Shown piece after piece: positions 13,503 to 26,440 of a DNA stretch of 64,000 nt; within the stretch, counting starts at the first letter, position 1; every line of letters starts with the position of its first letter. This stretch comes from Felis catus (Eukaryota). Position numbers and translations under genes: made by a program. The notes beneath the pieces were generated by a model. That model was not told the origin of the DNA and did not search any database. It saw only the letters and a list, made by a program, of their open reading frames with translations. Location of the stretch: positions 181,662,001-181,726,000 of the forward strand of contig NC_058368.1 in NCBI RefSeq assembly GCF_018350175.1. Direction: 5' to 3'.

Positions 13503-13544
13503 AGAAGTAAAATGGTTCAAATATGTTAAAATGTAAATGAATCT

Positions 13545-13892
13545 GCTGGGAAAATTTAGAATTTTAGATCACGAGGTTCTCCCTAAGAGATTCTGATTCA
13601 ATAACCGTGAGTTAGGTCTAGGGGTGTCTGGGTGACTCAGTTAAGTGTCTGACTTTAGCTCAGGTCATGATCTCGCAGTTTGTGAGTTTGAGCACTGTGT
13701 TGGGCTCTGTGCTGACAGCTTGAAGCCCAGAGCCTGCTTCGGATCCTGTGTCTCCCTCCCTCTCTGCTCCTTCCCTGGTTGCAGTCTCTCTCAAAAATAA
13801 AATAAACATTAAAGAAAATTTTTAAAAAACCCAAAAAACTGTGAGGTAGGTCCAGAAACTGAATTATTAACAAGCAGTGACAAGTGATTCTA
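13545..13892. mobile_element. MER5-type hAT-Charlie element, split by the CAN-SINE at 13621-13835
   Basis: ccctaagagattctgattcaataaccgtgagttaggtc [SINE] cagaaactgaattattaacaagcagtgacaagtgattct joins into the MER5 consensus motif. Confidence 0.55.
13621..13835 (+). mobile_element. CAN-SINE (SINEC_Fc)
   Basis: ggggtgtctgggtgactcagttaag...gctcaggtcatgatctcgcagtttgtgag...; TSD aaccgtgagttaggtc / aactgtgaggtaggtc. Confidence 0.95.
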
Positions 13893-13907
13893 TTAGATAT
13901 TTCATAC

Positions 13908-14300
13908 CTATGCTGTCCAATATGGTAGCCATTAAGCTTTCAAAATGCAGCTAGTCCAAAATGATGGGTACTGAATGTAAAAAAAGACACACTGAATTTC
14001 AGAGACTCAGTATGAAAACTAAGATATAAAATACTTTATTAATAATTTTTATGTTGATTACATGTTAAATTATAATGTTTTAGATATATTATTTTAATGC
14101 AATATATTACTTACAATATTTTACTTGCAATATATTACTTGCAATATTTTAATGCAATAATATTAATATATTAATATATAAGTTTAATGCAATATATTAC
14201 TAAAATTGATCTCATGTATTTCTTTTTATCCTTTTTTAAAGTGTGGGTACTATACAATTTTAAATTATATATGTAGCCCATATTGATATTTCTATCAGAC
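13908..14300 (-). mobile_element. MER33 with internal AT-rich tandem expansion
   Basis: tgctgtccaatatggtagcca...tatatgtagcccatattgatatttctatcagaca. Confidence 0.8.
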
Positions 14301-15076
14301 ATTATATTTCTATGTGGACTTATTTTTCTTTTGGGCAACATTGGTTGATACATTTATTCCCAGGAAAGGGTCATAAAATAATTCTAAGTTAAAACAAGGA
14401 CCAATGTGCATATGATAAAAATTTTAGTATGTAAGATTTCTTTGAATACTTTTAGAAATCTGATAAACATAATATGCATCAGTCATTCATGAATTTGTAT
14501 ATCAAATTTATGTTCTTTGTGAAAAAAAATAAACAACAACAACAAAGACACAAAGCATTCACTACCTTCAACCAGCATTCAACGATTATCAAATTCCATG
14601 TGTAGCCAGTGTTTGCTTTTAGTTATCAACTTCCTCAGAGCATGATATATTTATGTTTGTGTATTTGTATGTATGGACACTGTTTATATAGCCCACCACA
14701 AAGCATGACCTTTCATTTTCTGCCTCATCTGGCAGTAAAATTGTTAAATATAATCCAGTATTATTGTAATTGGCAATAACTGTATAAAGAGACAAATATA
14801 TTTGTATGGGTGGGTGGCAACATAATAGTCCTTGTTCAATATTATCTCTATTGACCAATGTATTACTAATTCTAAAGAGCTGACATAAAGTTTCTGAAGT
14901 CAGCATCTGATGAATTACTACCTATACTCCTAAATTATCCATTATTATTCTACTAAGGTGAGGTCCATATATTTATTCCCACAGCATTTTATATGTTTTA
15001 ATTATGATAAGCAAATTCCAGTCTTGACTTTCCTGACTGATATGCCATATACTTGTATTCTGATGATAGATTATAG

Positions 15077-15322
15077 CAGAGGTCCCCAAAAATTCTTAGT
15101 TTATGGTACCCTTAGTGTCTTGATAATAATTTTATGGTGCCCCTAGGACAAGAGAATTATGTAACAGTTTCAGTTATTCAGTAGTTAGGCCCAAACAGCT
15201 TAATAGTAGTAGTTTAAGCAGACATTACTGGCTTTCCTTTAAATATTTATGATATCTCATAGTTCCCAAATAAATTTGCTGAAGTTCACACAGTTACCTC
15301 AGCCCAGTTTGAAAAGTGTAGG
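15077..15322 (+). mobile_element. hAT-Charlie element (Charlie4-like)
   Basis: cagaggtccccaaaaattcttagtttatggtacccttagtgtct...ggtgcccctaggacaag...agtagttaggcccaaacagcttaata...cagtttgaaaa. Confidence 0.55.
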
Positions 15323-15432
15323 ACTACATAGTCTTAAATGGTCTAGAAGGTAAAAGGCAAAATTTTGTACCTTCTAAGGGAAAGAATACACGTAATACTA
15401 ATAGCTATTTAGAGCTGTGCTTCTTTTAACAT

Positions 15433-15637
15433 ATTTTTAATGTTTATTTATTTTGAGAGACAGCGTGCTAGAGAGAGAGCGAGCACCAGCAGGGGAGGGG
15501 CAGAAAGAGAGGAAGAGAGAGAATCCAAACAGGTTCTGTACTGTCAGTGCAGAGCCAGATGTGGAGTTTGATTTTACAACTGTGAAATCATGACCCAAGC
15601 TGAAATCAAAATTTGGACTGAGCCACCCAGGGGCCCC
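15433..15637 (-). mobile_element. CAN-SINE (older copy)
   Basis: tttttaatgtttatttattttgagaga...actgagccacccaggggcccc; TSD taacatatttt / taacacatttt. Confidence 0.93.
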
Positions 15638-18029
15638 ATAACACATTTTAATTACTAGAGTTTATAGAAAAAAATTATGTACTGTACCACTGGATAAGTG
15701 ACATTTAACATAGGCATTTATCAGTCAATCAGTTGATCAGTCAATAAGTATTTATAGAATACCTATCACATATCCAACTCTTTACTCTCAAATAGCTTAC
15801 ATCCCGTAATTCATCTATAGCTGTATGTCAAGGTCATGGTTCTCCATATTTTTTAGAAACTGTCCATATGACTCAAATAAAAATCTCAAATGACTAGTAT
15901 CAACTAAATTCTTCTATTTATTATATTTATTGTGATTATTATTCATTAACCTGTTATTAAAATTACTTGTGATAGCTAAGAAGTTCTATGAAATTCTGAA
16001 AATACAATACTTTCAACAAAATATTTCTCTCATTTTAAGAGCACAAATAGAAGTCATATCTCAATCAATGATAGCCTCAACAAAAATTAAAAATTGATTT
16101 TCAACTTCCAGTTTCCTTTCTGGTATGTAAGTTCTTTAAAAGTAACCACTCTATTCTAACATCAAATAAAAATCTGAACAAACTGAAAGAAAGATCACAT
16201 CTCTTCTTACATATATCAGAGAGTGAGGTCAAAGGTCAAACCACTGTCCTCAAAAATTAGAAAAACAGACAAGCAGATACAGAGAATCACAACTTACCAG
16301 ACCAGAAACCCACAATAAGAAATTTCCATAGGAACCAGTGCCAGGATTAGAATATCTGACTGCAATCAACAAATTCCTGGAGGCTCAGTGTGGATAAGTC
16401 TCAGAGTTGAAAATTTCAGGGCACTCAATCATAAAGAAATTCACACACCTTTGTGAGGTTTATCTCTAGGAGCTCTATCAGTTCTCACAGTGAATATAGG
16501 AGAAAAATGTCTTTGGCTTCTACCAAGGGAAAATAAAAGGAACCATTTTGAAATATTGCAGGGCATTCTGTACTTCTTAACAAGGCCTGACCTCAAGAGA
16601 AAGTATTTTACCAAAGCTTAACCTGGCAGGGGTCTATCAGAGCCTAATTTATCTGTGGGAAGGGAAACAAACCAATTTTAGTCTCCTCTAGCCTCCCATG
16701 TAGGGAAAGAGAAATACCCAACTCCAGCCCTCACAGGCTTCCATGTGAACAGAAGGAAATACACACCTCCAGCTCTCTCTAGCCATCCTGTTCCACCTAA
16801 GATGGGAAACCTGAGAAGCACTGGTGAAATTCACAGCCTGAGTTTACAAAGACCTAATCACAGAACCATAGAACACTCCCTCTCCCCTAAAATTCTACTA
16901 AAACACTAGTAAAGATCTATTTACCACAGTCCCTTTTATCCAGTACATTACGTCTCCCTTTAAAAAAAAAAAAAGACATACTAAAAGGTTAGAAGATATT
17001 CAAGAGATTAAATAGACATCAGAACCAGAGTTAGACATGGCAACAATGTTAGAATTATTAAACCACAACTTTTTAAAATTATGACTTACATGCTAAAATT
17101 TTTCATGGAAAACATAGACAATATGCAAAAATACATGAATCAGGTATGCAAAAAGGTGGGCATTCTAAGAGAATTAGAATGCAATGTTAGAAATCAAAAA
17201 CACTAACATAAATGAAGAATGCTATTGACTAGCTCATTAGCACACTGGGCCCAACTGAGGAAAGAATTTCTAAACTTGAGAATATGACAATTGAAACTTG
17301 AAGATTAAAAAGCACAAAGATAAAAGACTAGGAAAAATGATAAATAAATAAAAGAATATCTAAGAACTGGGGGACAATTAAAAAGGCATAACATACGTGT
17401 AACGGGAATAACAGAAAAAAAGAGAAAAGAAGAAATACTTGAAGAAACAATAATTAAGAATTTCCCCAAATTAATGTCACATACCAAACCACAGATTCAA
17501 GAAACTCAGAAAATACCAAACAGAATAAATGTCCAAAAAACTGCACTTAGACATATAATGTTCAAACTTCAGAAAATCAAAGATAAAGAAAAGATCTTAA
17601 AAGAGGATAGAGGAAAGGAAAAAAAAACACTCTACCTATACAGGAGCAATAAGGATTTCATCCAACATCCCCACAGAAACCATTAAAGGATGAATTAGAG
17701 TGAAATACTTGATGTTTGAGAAGAAACAAAAAACAATATAGAATTTCATAATCCGCAAAATTATCCTTCAAATATGAAGGAGAACTAAAAACTTTGTCAA
17801 ACAAAAAGTGAGAGAATTTGCCACCAGTAGACCTGCCTTGTAAGAAATGTTAAAAGAGAGAAACAAATGTTTCAGAGAGAAACAAAAAGATATAGGTTAG
17901 ACACATGGATCTACATAAGAAGAAAAGAATTAAAGAATGAATAAATGAAAATAAAGTAAAAATTTAATATCCTTATTCTAAATTGATCAATAAAAGCTTT
18001 TTCAAAATAATAATAGCAAAAATGTACTT

Positions 18030-18068
18030 ATGTATACTTTTATGTATATATGTATGTAGTTTGTTCCT

Positions 18069-18113
<45 letters not shown>

Positions 18114-18150
18114 GTATGTATTTTGTTCCTTATGTAAGCTTATGTATAAG
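18030..18150. repeat. (TA)n microsatellite flanked by duplicated ttgttccttatgta, within the L1
   Basis: ttgttccttatgtatatatacatatata...tatgtattttgttccttatgta. Confidence 0.85.
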
Positions 18151-19206
18151 TAAATGAATGACAACAGTGACATAAGGAACTGGATGAAGGAATTAGAAAT
18201 CTGTATTTTTAACGTTCTCACAATACTCATAAAAGGACATGGAGTTAATTGAAAGTGGACTTGGATTTTGTAAATGTATACTGCAAACTCTAGGGCAACC
18301 ACTAAAAAAATAATGTGAAAAGAAAGTCACAATTAATATGGTAAGAAAGGAAAGGAAAGGAAACTATACAAATGTTCAATTAAAACCACAAAATGCAGAA
18401 AAATGTTGAAGACAATAATAGAAATAAAGAACAACAGCAACAAATAGAAAATAACAAATAGAATATATATTAATCGACTATAGTAATCGTTACCTTAAAA
18501 GTAATTGGTCTAAATACACAAATTAAAAGACAGAAATGGTCAGAGTGAATCAAAAAATAAAAGCCAACTATATGGTTTTTACAATATGCATATTAAAAAT
18601 AAATTGTGGAAAGATATACCATGTTAATATGCTAATCACAACGAATTCCCGATAATAATATGAATTTCAGACAGAGGAAGAGAAGAAACCTCAGAGCAAG
18701 GAAGTTGCCAGGGATAAAGAAGGGTATTACATACTAATAAAAGGATCAACATGTGAAGTGTAGAGCAAGAGAGCATCAAAATACATGACAAAAACTGGTT
18801 AGAGCTGCAAGGAGATTAATCCACTATTATAGTTGGAGGTTTAACATCCTTCAGAAATGGACAGATCTAGCAGGCAAAAAATCAGCAGGGATATAGTTCA
18901 ACTCAACAGCACTATCAATCAACTATATATAATGGACATCTATAGACTACTTCACTTAACAGGAGCAGATTACACCTTGCTCTCAAGCTCACATGGAACA
19001 TTCACAAAGACCACATACTGGGTCACCAGCTAACAAATTTAAAAGAAGAGAAAACATACAATGACTTTCCCCATACCAAAATGGAATTAAACTTGAAATC
19101 AGAACAGAAAGATATCTGGAAAATCCCAAAATACATGGATATTAAATAAGACACTTCTAAATAACACCTGGGTCAAAGAAAAAATATTAAGAGAAATTGA
19201 AAACTA

Positions 19207-19645
19207 CGGTGATCCTTGGACACCACACAGTTAGGGGCACTGGCTCCTCACCCAGTTGAAAATCATTATATAAGTTTTGATACCTTGAAAACTTAACTAC
19301 TAATAGCCAACTGTTAACTGGAAGCCTAACATAACATAACATAACATAACATAACATAACATAACATAACACAACATAACATAACAAACATAACATCATA
19401 ACATAACATCATAACATAATGTAATGTAACATAACATAAACAGTTGTTTAACACATACTTTCTGCATTATATCTATTATAATCTGTATTCTTACAATAAA
19501 GTAAGCTAGAGAAAATAAAGTGTTATTAAGAAAATCATAAGAAAAAACACATTTGCAATATTGTACTGTATCTGTCAAAAAAACAAAATATCCACATATA
19601 AGTGGACCTATGCAGTTCAAACCTGTGTTGTTCCAGGGTCAACTT
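19207..19645. mobile_element. Tigger2-family (Tigger2a/MER28-like, TcMar) element inserted in L1 ORF2
   Basis: Degenerate TIRs ta|cggtgatccttggacaccac ... gtgttgttccagggtcaact. Internal acttaactactaatagcc and gtattcttacaataaagtaagctagaga motifs. L1 sequence resumes on both sides. Confidence 0.85.
19328..19438. repeat. (ACATA)n pentanucleotide microsatellite
   Basis: aacataacataacataacataac... about 110 bp, degenerating towards the 3' end. Confidence 0.95.
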
Positions 19646-22600
19646 GATTTTGAATTACATGAAAATGAAAATGCAACTTATCAAAATTTCCAAGGGCAAC
19701 AAAAAATGTTTAAACTAAAATTTGTAACACTGAATGTATATATTAGAAAAGAAGAAAGATCTAAAACCAATAATCTAAGCTTCCTTAGGAAACTATAAAA
19801 AGAAGAGCAAATAAAATTATAAGTAAACAGAAATAAATAAATAAATAAAATTAGAGCTTAAATAAATACTGAAAATAGGAAATCAGTAGAGAAAATCGAC
19901 TAAACCAAAAGCCTGTTTTTTTAAAAAATCAGTAATGTCAGTAAGTCTCTAGCCATGCTAGCTAAGAAAATAAGAGAGAAGACCCAAACTACTAAAATTA
20001 GAAATGAAAGGGGATATCATTACAGATCCTATGGACATTGAAAAGATAAATAAAGCAATAATATGAATAACAATATGCTCCCAAATATGATAACCTATAT
20101 GAAATGAACCAATCCCTTGACAGGCACAATCTACCAAAACTCAGACACACATGAAAAATATACAGTCTGAATAGATCTATGTTACAGAAACTGAGTCCAT
20201 AATTAACAGCCTTCCAACAGAAAACTCCAGGCCCTAATAGATTCACTGTTGAATTCATTAAAACATTTATGAAAGACATTATACTAATTCTCCACAATCT
20301 TTTACAGAAAATGTAAGCAGAGTAAGTACTTCCTCACTTACTCTATGAGGCCAATATTACCCCAATACAAATATCAGACAAAGATGTTATGAAAAAGAAA
20401 AGTACAGTCCGATATTGCTCATGAGCATAGATGCAAAAATACTCAACAAAATATTGGCAAAATGAATACACAATATATAAAAAGAATAGTATACCACATG
20501 AAATGGGATTCATCCAGGTATGCAAGGATGGTTCAATATTCAAAACCCCATTAGTTTAATCTCTCACACTGATGGATTAAAGAAAAAAAAAATCACATGA
20601 TCGTATCAATAAATGCAGATAAAGCATTTGACAAAATCCAACATTCATTCATCATAAAATCAGCAAACTAGGAATAAAGGAGAATTTCTTCTACTTGACA
20701 AAGAATATCTACAAAAACCCTACAACTAATATCATAATAATGGTGAGAAACTTGAAGCATCCCCACTAAGATCAGGAACAAAGCAAGAACATCCCTTCTG
20801 ACCATTCCTTTGGAACGTCATACTAGAAGTCTTAGATAATTCAGTAAGACAAGAACAAAAAAGTTCTATAGTTTGGAAAGGAAGAAATAAAACTTTGTTC
20901 ACTGATGACATGATCATCTATGCAGAAAATACAAATGAATCAACAAAAAAATCCCTAGGACCAATAAATGATTATAGCTAGGTTGCAGAATATAAGATTA
21001 ATATACAGAAGTCCATCATTTTACTAAATACCAGCAAATAATAACTGAAATTTGCAATTAAAAACACAATACCATTTACGTTATCACCCCCAAAAGTTAA
21101 ATATTTAAGTATAAATCTAACAAAATATGTATAAGAGCTATATGAGAAAAATTACAAAGTTCTAATTAAAATATATCAGAGAAGACCTAAATGAATGAGG
21201 AGATATTCAATGTTCATGGTTAGGAAGACTCAATGCTGTCAAGATGTCATTTCTTCCCAAATTGTTCTAGAGAATCAATGGAATTCCAACCAAAATATTA
21301 TCTCTAAGTTAAAGTAATCAGAGCACTGTGGCATTGGTGAAAGAACTGACAAACAGATCAGTGGAACTGAATAGAAAACCCAGAAATAGACTCATATAAA
21401 ATAGCTAATTAATTTTTAACAATGGAGCAAAGACAATCTTTTCAACAAATGGTACTAGAAAAACTGTACCTCACATGCAGTAAAAGAACCTAGACCTGGA
21501 TCTTACTCCCTTCAAAGTTAAACCAAAATGATCATAGAGCTAATGGGAAAACATAAAACTATAAAACTCCTAGGCTTACATAGTATAAACCTAGAAGTAC
21601 TTAGGTATGGATGTGACTTTTCACATACAACACCAAAGGCGTGATCCATGAAAAAAATAATCAATAAACAGGACTTTATTAAAATTAAAGACATACTCTA
21701 TGAAAGGCAATGTCAAGAGAATGATTAGACAAGTTACAGACTGGGAAGAAGTATGTGCAAATGACACACCTGATAAAAGACTATTATGCAAAGTATCCAA
21801 AGAACTCCTAAAACTCAAAAATAAGAAAGTAAACCACTTTATTTTTAAAAAATGGGGAAGGACCTAAACAGACACCTCTCCAAGAATATATACAGGTGGC
21901 AAGTAAGTATATGAAAAAATGTTCAACAGCATATGTCATTAGAGAACTGAAAATTAAAACATTGAGACACTACTGCATACCTTAGAATGGCCAAAATCTA
22001 AAACTGTGACACTACCAAATGCTGGTGAGAATATGGAACAATAGGAAATCTAATTCATGGCTGGTGTGAATGTAAAATGGTACAGCCACTTTGGAAGACA
22101 GTTTATCAGTTTCTTGCAAAACTGAACATGTATTCACCATACCATCACAACCTGACATTCACACTCCTTCATATTTACCCCAATGAAACAAAAGCTATGT
22201 CCACACAAAAACCTGAAATGAATGTTTACATGAGCTTTAGGTATCATTGCCAAAACTTGGAAGCAACCAAGATGTTCTTCAGTCGGTAAGTGAATAAATG
22301 GTGGTTCATCCAGACAATGGAATCTTATTCAGTACTAAAAAGAAAGAAGCTATCAGGCCATGGAAAGACATAGAAGAATGTTAAACGGCTAAGTGAAAGA
22401 ATGCATTCCAGAAAGAATCTGGAAAAGCTTCGCACTACATTCTGGAAGAGGCCAAACTATGGAGACAGTAAAAAGATCAGTAATTGTCAGGGATTGGAGA
22501 GAGAAGGATGAATAGGCAGGGCACAGAGGATTTTCAGGCAGTGAAACTATTCTGCATGATGATATTATGGTGGATAAATGTCATTACACATTTGCCAAGA

Positions 22601-22828
22601 CCCGTAGAATGTCTAACACCAAGAGTGAACTCTAATGTGACTTACAGACTTTGTGTGGTAATAGGTCAATCCAGGTTCGTGGAGTTTTAACACATGCACT
22701 CCTCTGCTGTGGGAAGTTGACAGCAAAGGAGACTATGTATATGTGGGGAGTTTATGGGCTCTCACTCTGCTGTATACTCAATTTTGTGGTGAACCTGAAA
22801 TTGCTCTTAAAAATAAAGTTAGTTAATT

Positions 22829-22853
22829 AACAACAACAACAAACAACAACAAC
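22829..22853. repeat. (CAA)n repeat derived from the L1 poly(A) tail
   Basis: aacaacaacaacaaacaacaacaac. Confidence 0.85.
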
Positions 22854-23167
22854 ACTGACTCTCCAAATAAAGTGCTATACTTGGGGAAACCTGTGTTGCT
22901 CATACAACCCTACTCAATGAGGAGGTGGTTAGCATAAAAGTTAAAAGTCCTGTTGTTTAAAGTGGATGGAGAAATTGATACTTCCAACCAATTAGGAATT
23001 CCTAATGGTGGATGAGTTCATGGATAGACATGGGTGGAAGTTTACAGCTGATATTTTTGAGGTTATAACCAGTTGAAACTGAGACATTACGTAAAATGTA
23101 TTTGGAGGAAGAGGGGTGTGACCATTCAGTCACTCCTAACACATACAAACACCTCATCCAAAAGTGA

Positions 23168-23720
23168 ATCTATTCATTCTACAAGCATTGACTTAAGTAG
23201 CTACTATGTACAAGATACTGTACAAGAGCATCAGGGGATGAGTGAGATGTAGAATCTTTGTGGAAGTTACTAGGGAGATGTCATGTGTATAAGGAAAAAA
23301 AAAACACATCTTGTAAGTCTAAATGTAAAGGAAAATAAAGTATATGGAAAAGGAAGCCAATGCTGGAAAAAAAAAACTGTCTGGGAAAGAGGTAGCATAT
23401 GGACCAAGTCTTGAAAGATGAAAAAATCACCAGGTGGAAATGGGAGGAGAGGGAGAATTCTACCAGAGGGAACAGCATGAAGCAAAGGGAGTGAGAAAGG
23501 GTCCTGTTCGAAGGACTGGAGTTTGGCTGGGATGTAAGGTATGTAAATGAAAGTAGGTAGAAGCCAGACTGCAGAATTGTAAATGACAGTTTAGACTAGA
23601 TTCAGTCAACACTGGGAAAGGAGGTTTTGAACAATTTTAAACAGAGGAGGATAACATGATTCTCAATGAGCTTTAAAAAGATCTAATCAACAGGATTCTG
23701 ATGAGATAAGAGAAGAGGGA
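23168..23720 (-). mobile_element. L2 LINE 3' portion
   Basis: attcattctacaagcattgacttaagtagctactatgtacaagatactgt...gtcttgaaagatga...ccagagggaacagcatgaagcaaagg. Confidence 0.8.
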
Positions 23721-26029
23721 AGGGGGTGATAAAAACTATCTCCAAGGGTGCCCTGGAGAATTAATAATGCTTACTTAGAAAAAAAGTCAAAAAACTCATG
23801 TCTGGACTTAAAATGTATACATTACATACACAGTAACATTAACGTAGCTGCGATTCTGAGAGGAATGAATATTTCAAAGCCTGATAATCTAGTAACCTAG
23901 TATTTTAAATCACCTTAAGTGAATTATGAGGATTTATTTTCTGTAACCGAAATGAGCTACAATTTAAGCAATTCATCATTTCCCAAAGTGTCTTTTAAAT
24001 GCAGCGTATGTGGTGTATCGTAAAGTACAATGCTCTTTCAAAGGAACTTTTTCAAATAAAGCACCACCGACTCCTCTGTATGTGGAGCATTGTTAAATTC
24101 CAGCCCTGCTTTGAGCATAATTAAGTACCCATAACACCATAAAACTTTTATTAAATTACAGTGTTGGGAATGAAATGTAAATTTGTCTTCCAATATGATG
24201 TTGGCATTTCAACCTTTTTTTTTTTTTCAGCCTGAATATCATTAATAGTGAAAGTTCAGGGAGTAAGTAAAACTGAAGTATTGGGTGAAATTCAAGGTGT
24301 CACATGATCATAAATGTTACTGTAATTCTATTCTTGGGGTATTCTCCATCTCTCATACTCTACTGATTTTCTAAATAACCATCATTGATGCATTTTATGA
24401 TTATGAAAGAAACAGTAAGAGTGGGTTAAAATGCAAACATCACCTATAAATGAGTTTTCTCTTCTGTCATAATATATGGAGAACATAAATGGCTTTACCT
24501 GTCAATTGTTTATGTGTAAATTATAAGAAAAAATGCAAATATTATAAGCAGAAGATATCCATTCAAGCTCAAACCACAAAGGAAATGCTCCAAAGAGAAT
24601 AAGATTTCTATTAACACACAGAGAGAATAGAGTAATTTATTTATGCTTAAAATGAAGTGAAAAAAATAAAAATATTTTTATCTACAATATGGAAGGGACA
24701 TGGACAAAAATCAGGGAATTCCACTACATGTAGGGTACAGCTGACGACATTGAGTTAAAAAATAATTGATTTGAGAATGTCCTACCCGAAAGAGATATCT
24801 CTCCCTTTTAGAAAAGGGAAAACTGCTTTCATTTCATAAAATCCACATTGCCCCAGTATAAAAAGGTGCCAATGCAAATATGTTCAGGGACAATATCTGT
24901 CTAGAATATGTCATCAGTAAGCAGAAATTCTCTCACCTTCCCTAGGTCCCCTAGAGATTTGATCCAAAGAGAATGTGGATTGAGTTTTCCATTTTGTCTC
25001 ACATCAGGGTCTCCTGAGAAGCAAAGGCCTGGAAAACTATAGCCACAATATCCAAAGCATGATTCAAGCTGATGTCTTAGTAAAGGAAATGTGTACTCCC
25101 AAGACTTTTTTTTTTCAACCCACCATTCACTTCAAATGATAAAATCACAGCCTCAAGGAAAATCACACCTTAAAAAAATTGTTTGTGTTGGCTGTTGTTT
25201 TAGAGAAGTTGAGTTTTCCTGGAAAGTTAGCATTCCTTGTCAGAGAGAAAATAAAAATAAATGTGGCACAGGCAAAGATGACATTTGAATCCAAACAAAA
25301 GTGTGCCTTTTGCTTTTTTATTTTTTCCCCTTTTTCTCCCGATCATACACTGATGTTGCTAAAGAAAGCAGTCCCAATATAGCTTCCCATAAGCCCTTCA
25401 GAGTGGTTCACATATACAGTCTCTCCAAGGGAGGTTCACTTGCAAACCTTTGTCAACAAAAGAACAAATATGCCATGTGAAAACTCTGGTTGGTTAGAGG
25501 AAATGGATCAACACTGAGGCCACAGGGGAAAAAGTGCCAGTGACTTATTTATTGAATGATTCAATGTTTTAGACAAGGAAAGATTGAAGTATGTCTCATG
25601 AGCTGAAACCACCTTCAGGCTGACAAACTTCCACCTCCAGAACTTATGAACATTCCTGTAGGATACATTACATTCAGGGTCCAATTATAAGCATCTTTGC
25701 TAAACCCTGGCCAATTAACAGTTCCAGACTGGTTATTCCAGGGCCACTAGTCTATATCCTTTCTTGCATTTACACTGCACCTAGACAAATGTAGAATATT
25801 CACTACAGGCAGTGACACAAAACACTTCAGAATAAAGAACTACATGGACAGAATATAAGAGAAGCCACCAATATCCTAAGTGCCAAATTCTGGGCAACAT
25901 CACCTTTCCCCAGGATTCCTGCAGTGACCTTAATAATACGTCTTCCAAATGGATGTATTGTCTTATTCTCATGCATTGTCCACATTGCCCACTTCTCCTT
26001 CTAGAAGATTAGATTCTCTAATGATTTTT

Positions 26030-26440
26030 CAACAACCACAAGATGAAATCAAAACTGCCTACCAGAAAGTTGTTCAAGGCATGGTGTCTGTCTCTGGAGT
26101 CTTCTCTCCACAAGCTGACACCCTCAAAACCCAAGTCCCAGACACGGAGGCTTCAAATTTCCCATGCCATTTCACTTTTGTCTCTGGGTATTGGTACCTT
26201 GATAACCCCTCAGACTAAACATTCTCCTCCTCCATCACAACCTCACCTTTCCTCTCATGACTATATAACTTTAATTCACTCCCATTTCATCCTATGCTTG
26301 CTATTAATTTTACACCACAGACTGAAGTAACTTGTCACTCTTCTCTCTCATTATAAAAACTAATAGTTGCTAACGACTACTGAGTACAGTATCTGGCTCA
26401 CAGAGAGACTGAAAAAATACTGTGAATGAATAAATGACTG
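26030..26440 (+). mobile_element. L2 3' fragment
   Basis: gatgaaatcaaaactgcc...acagtatctggctcacagagagactgaaaaaatactgtgaatgaataaatga. Confidence 0.6.

Larger units (their letters stand above)
16103..22830 (+). mobile_element. Near full-length decayed LINE-1, L1MC1-like, with 5'UTR, ORF1 and ORF2 remnants
   Basis: ORF1 remnant IQETQKIPNRIN...RHIMFKLQKIKDKEKILK (17474-17686). Endonuclease start TLKVIGLNTQIKRQ (~18492). RT motifs NADKAFDKIQH (~20612) and FTDDMIIYAEN (20898). L1MC-type 3' end ...gaacctgaaattgctcttaaaaataaagtt followed by an A/(CAA)n tail. Many stops and frameshifts. Confidence 0.93.

Noticed and set aside
17474..17686. ORF with protein-like sequence
   Set aside because: It is a remnant of L1 ORF1p within a dead element, not a host gene.
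19328..19438. Regular repeat array considered as CRISPR-like
   Set aside because: A simple pentamer microsatellite without spacers in mammalian DNA. No CRISPR or other prokaryotic system is present in the window.
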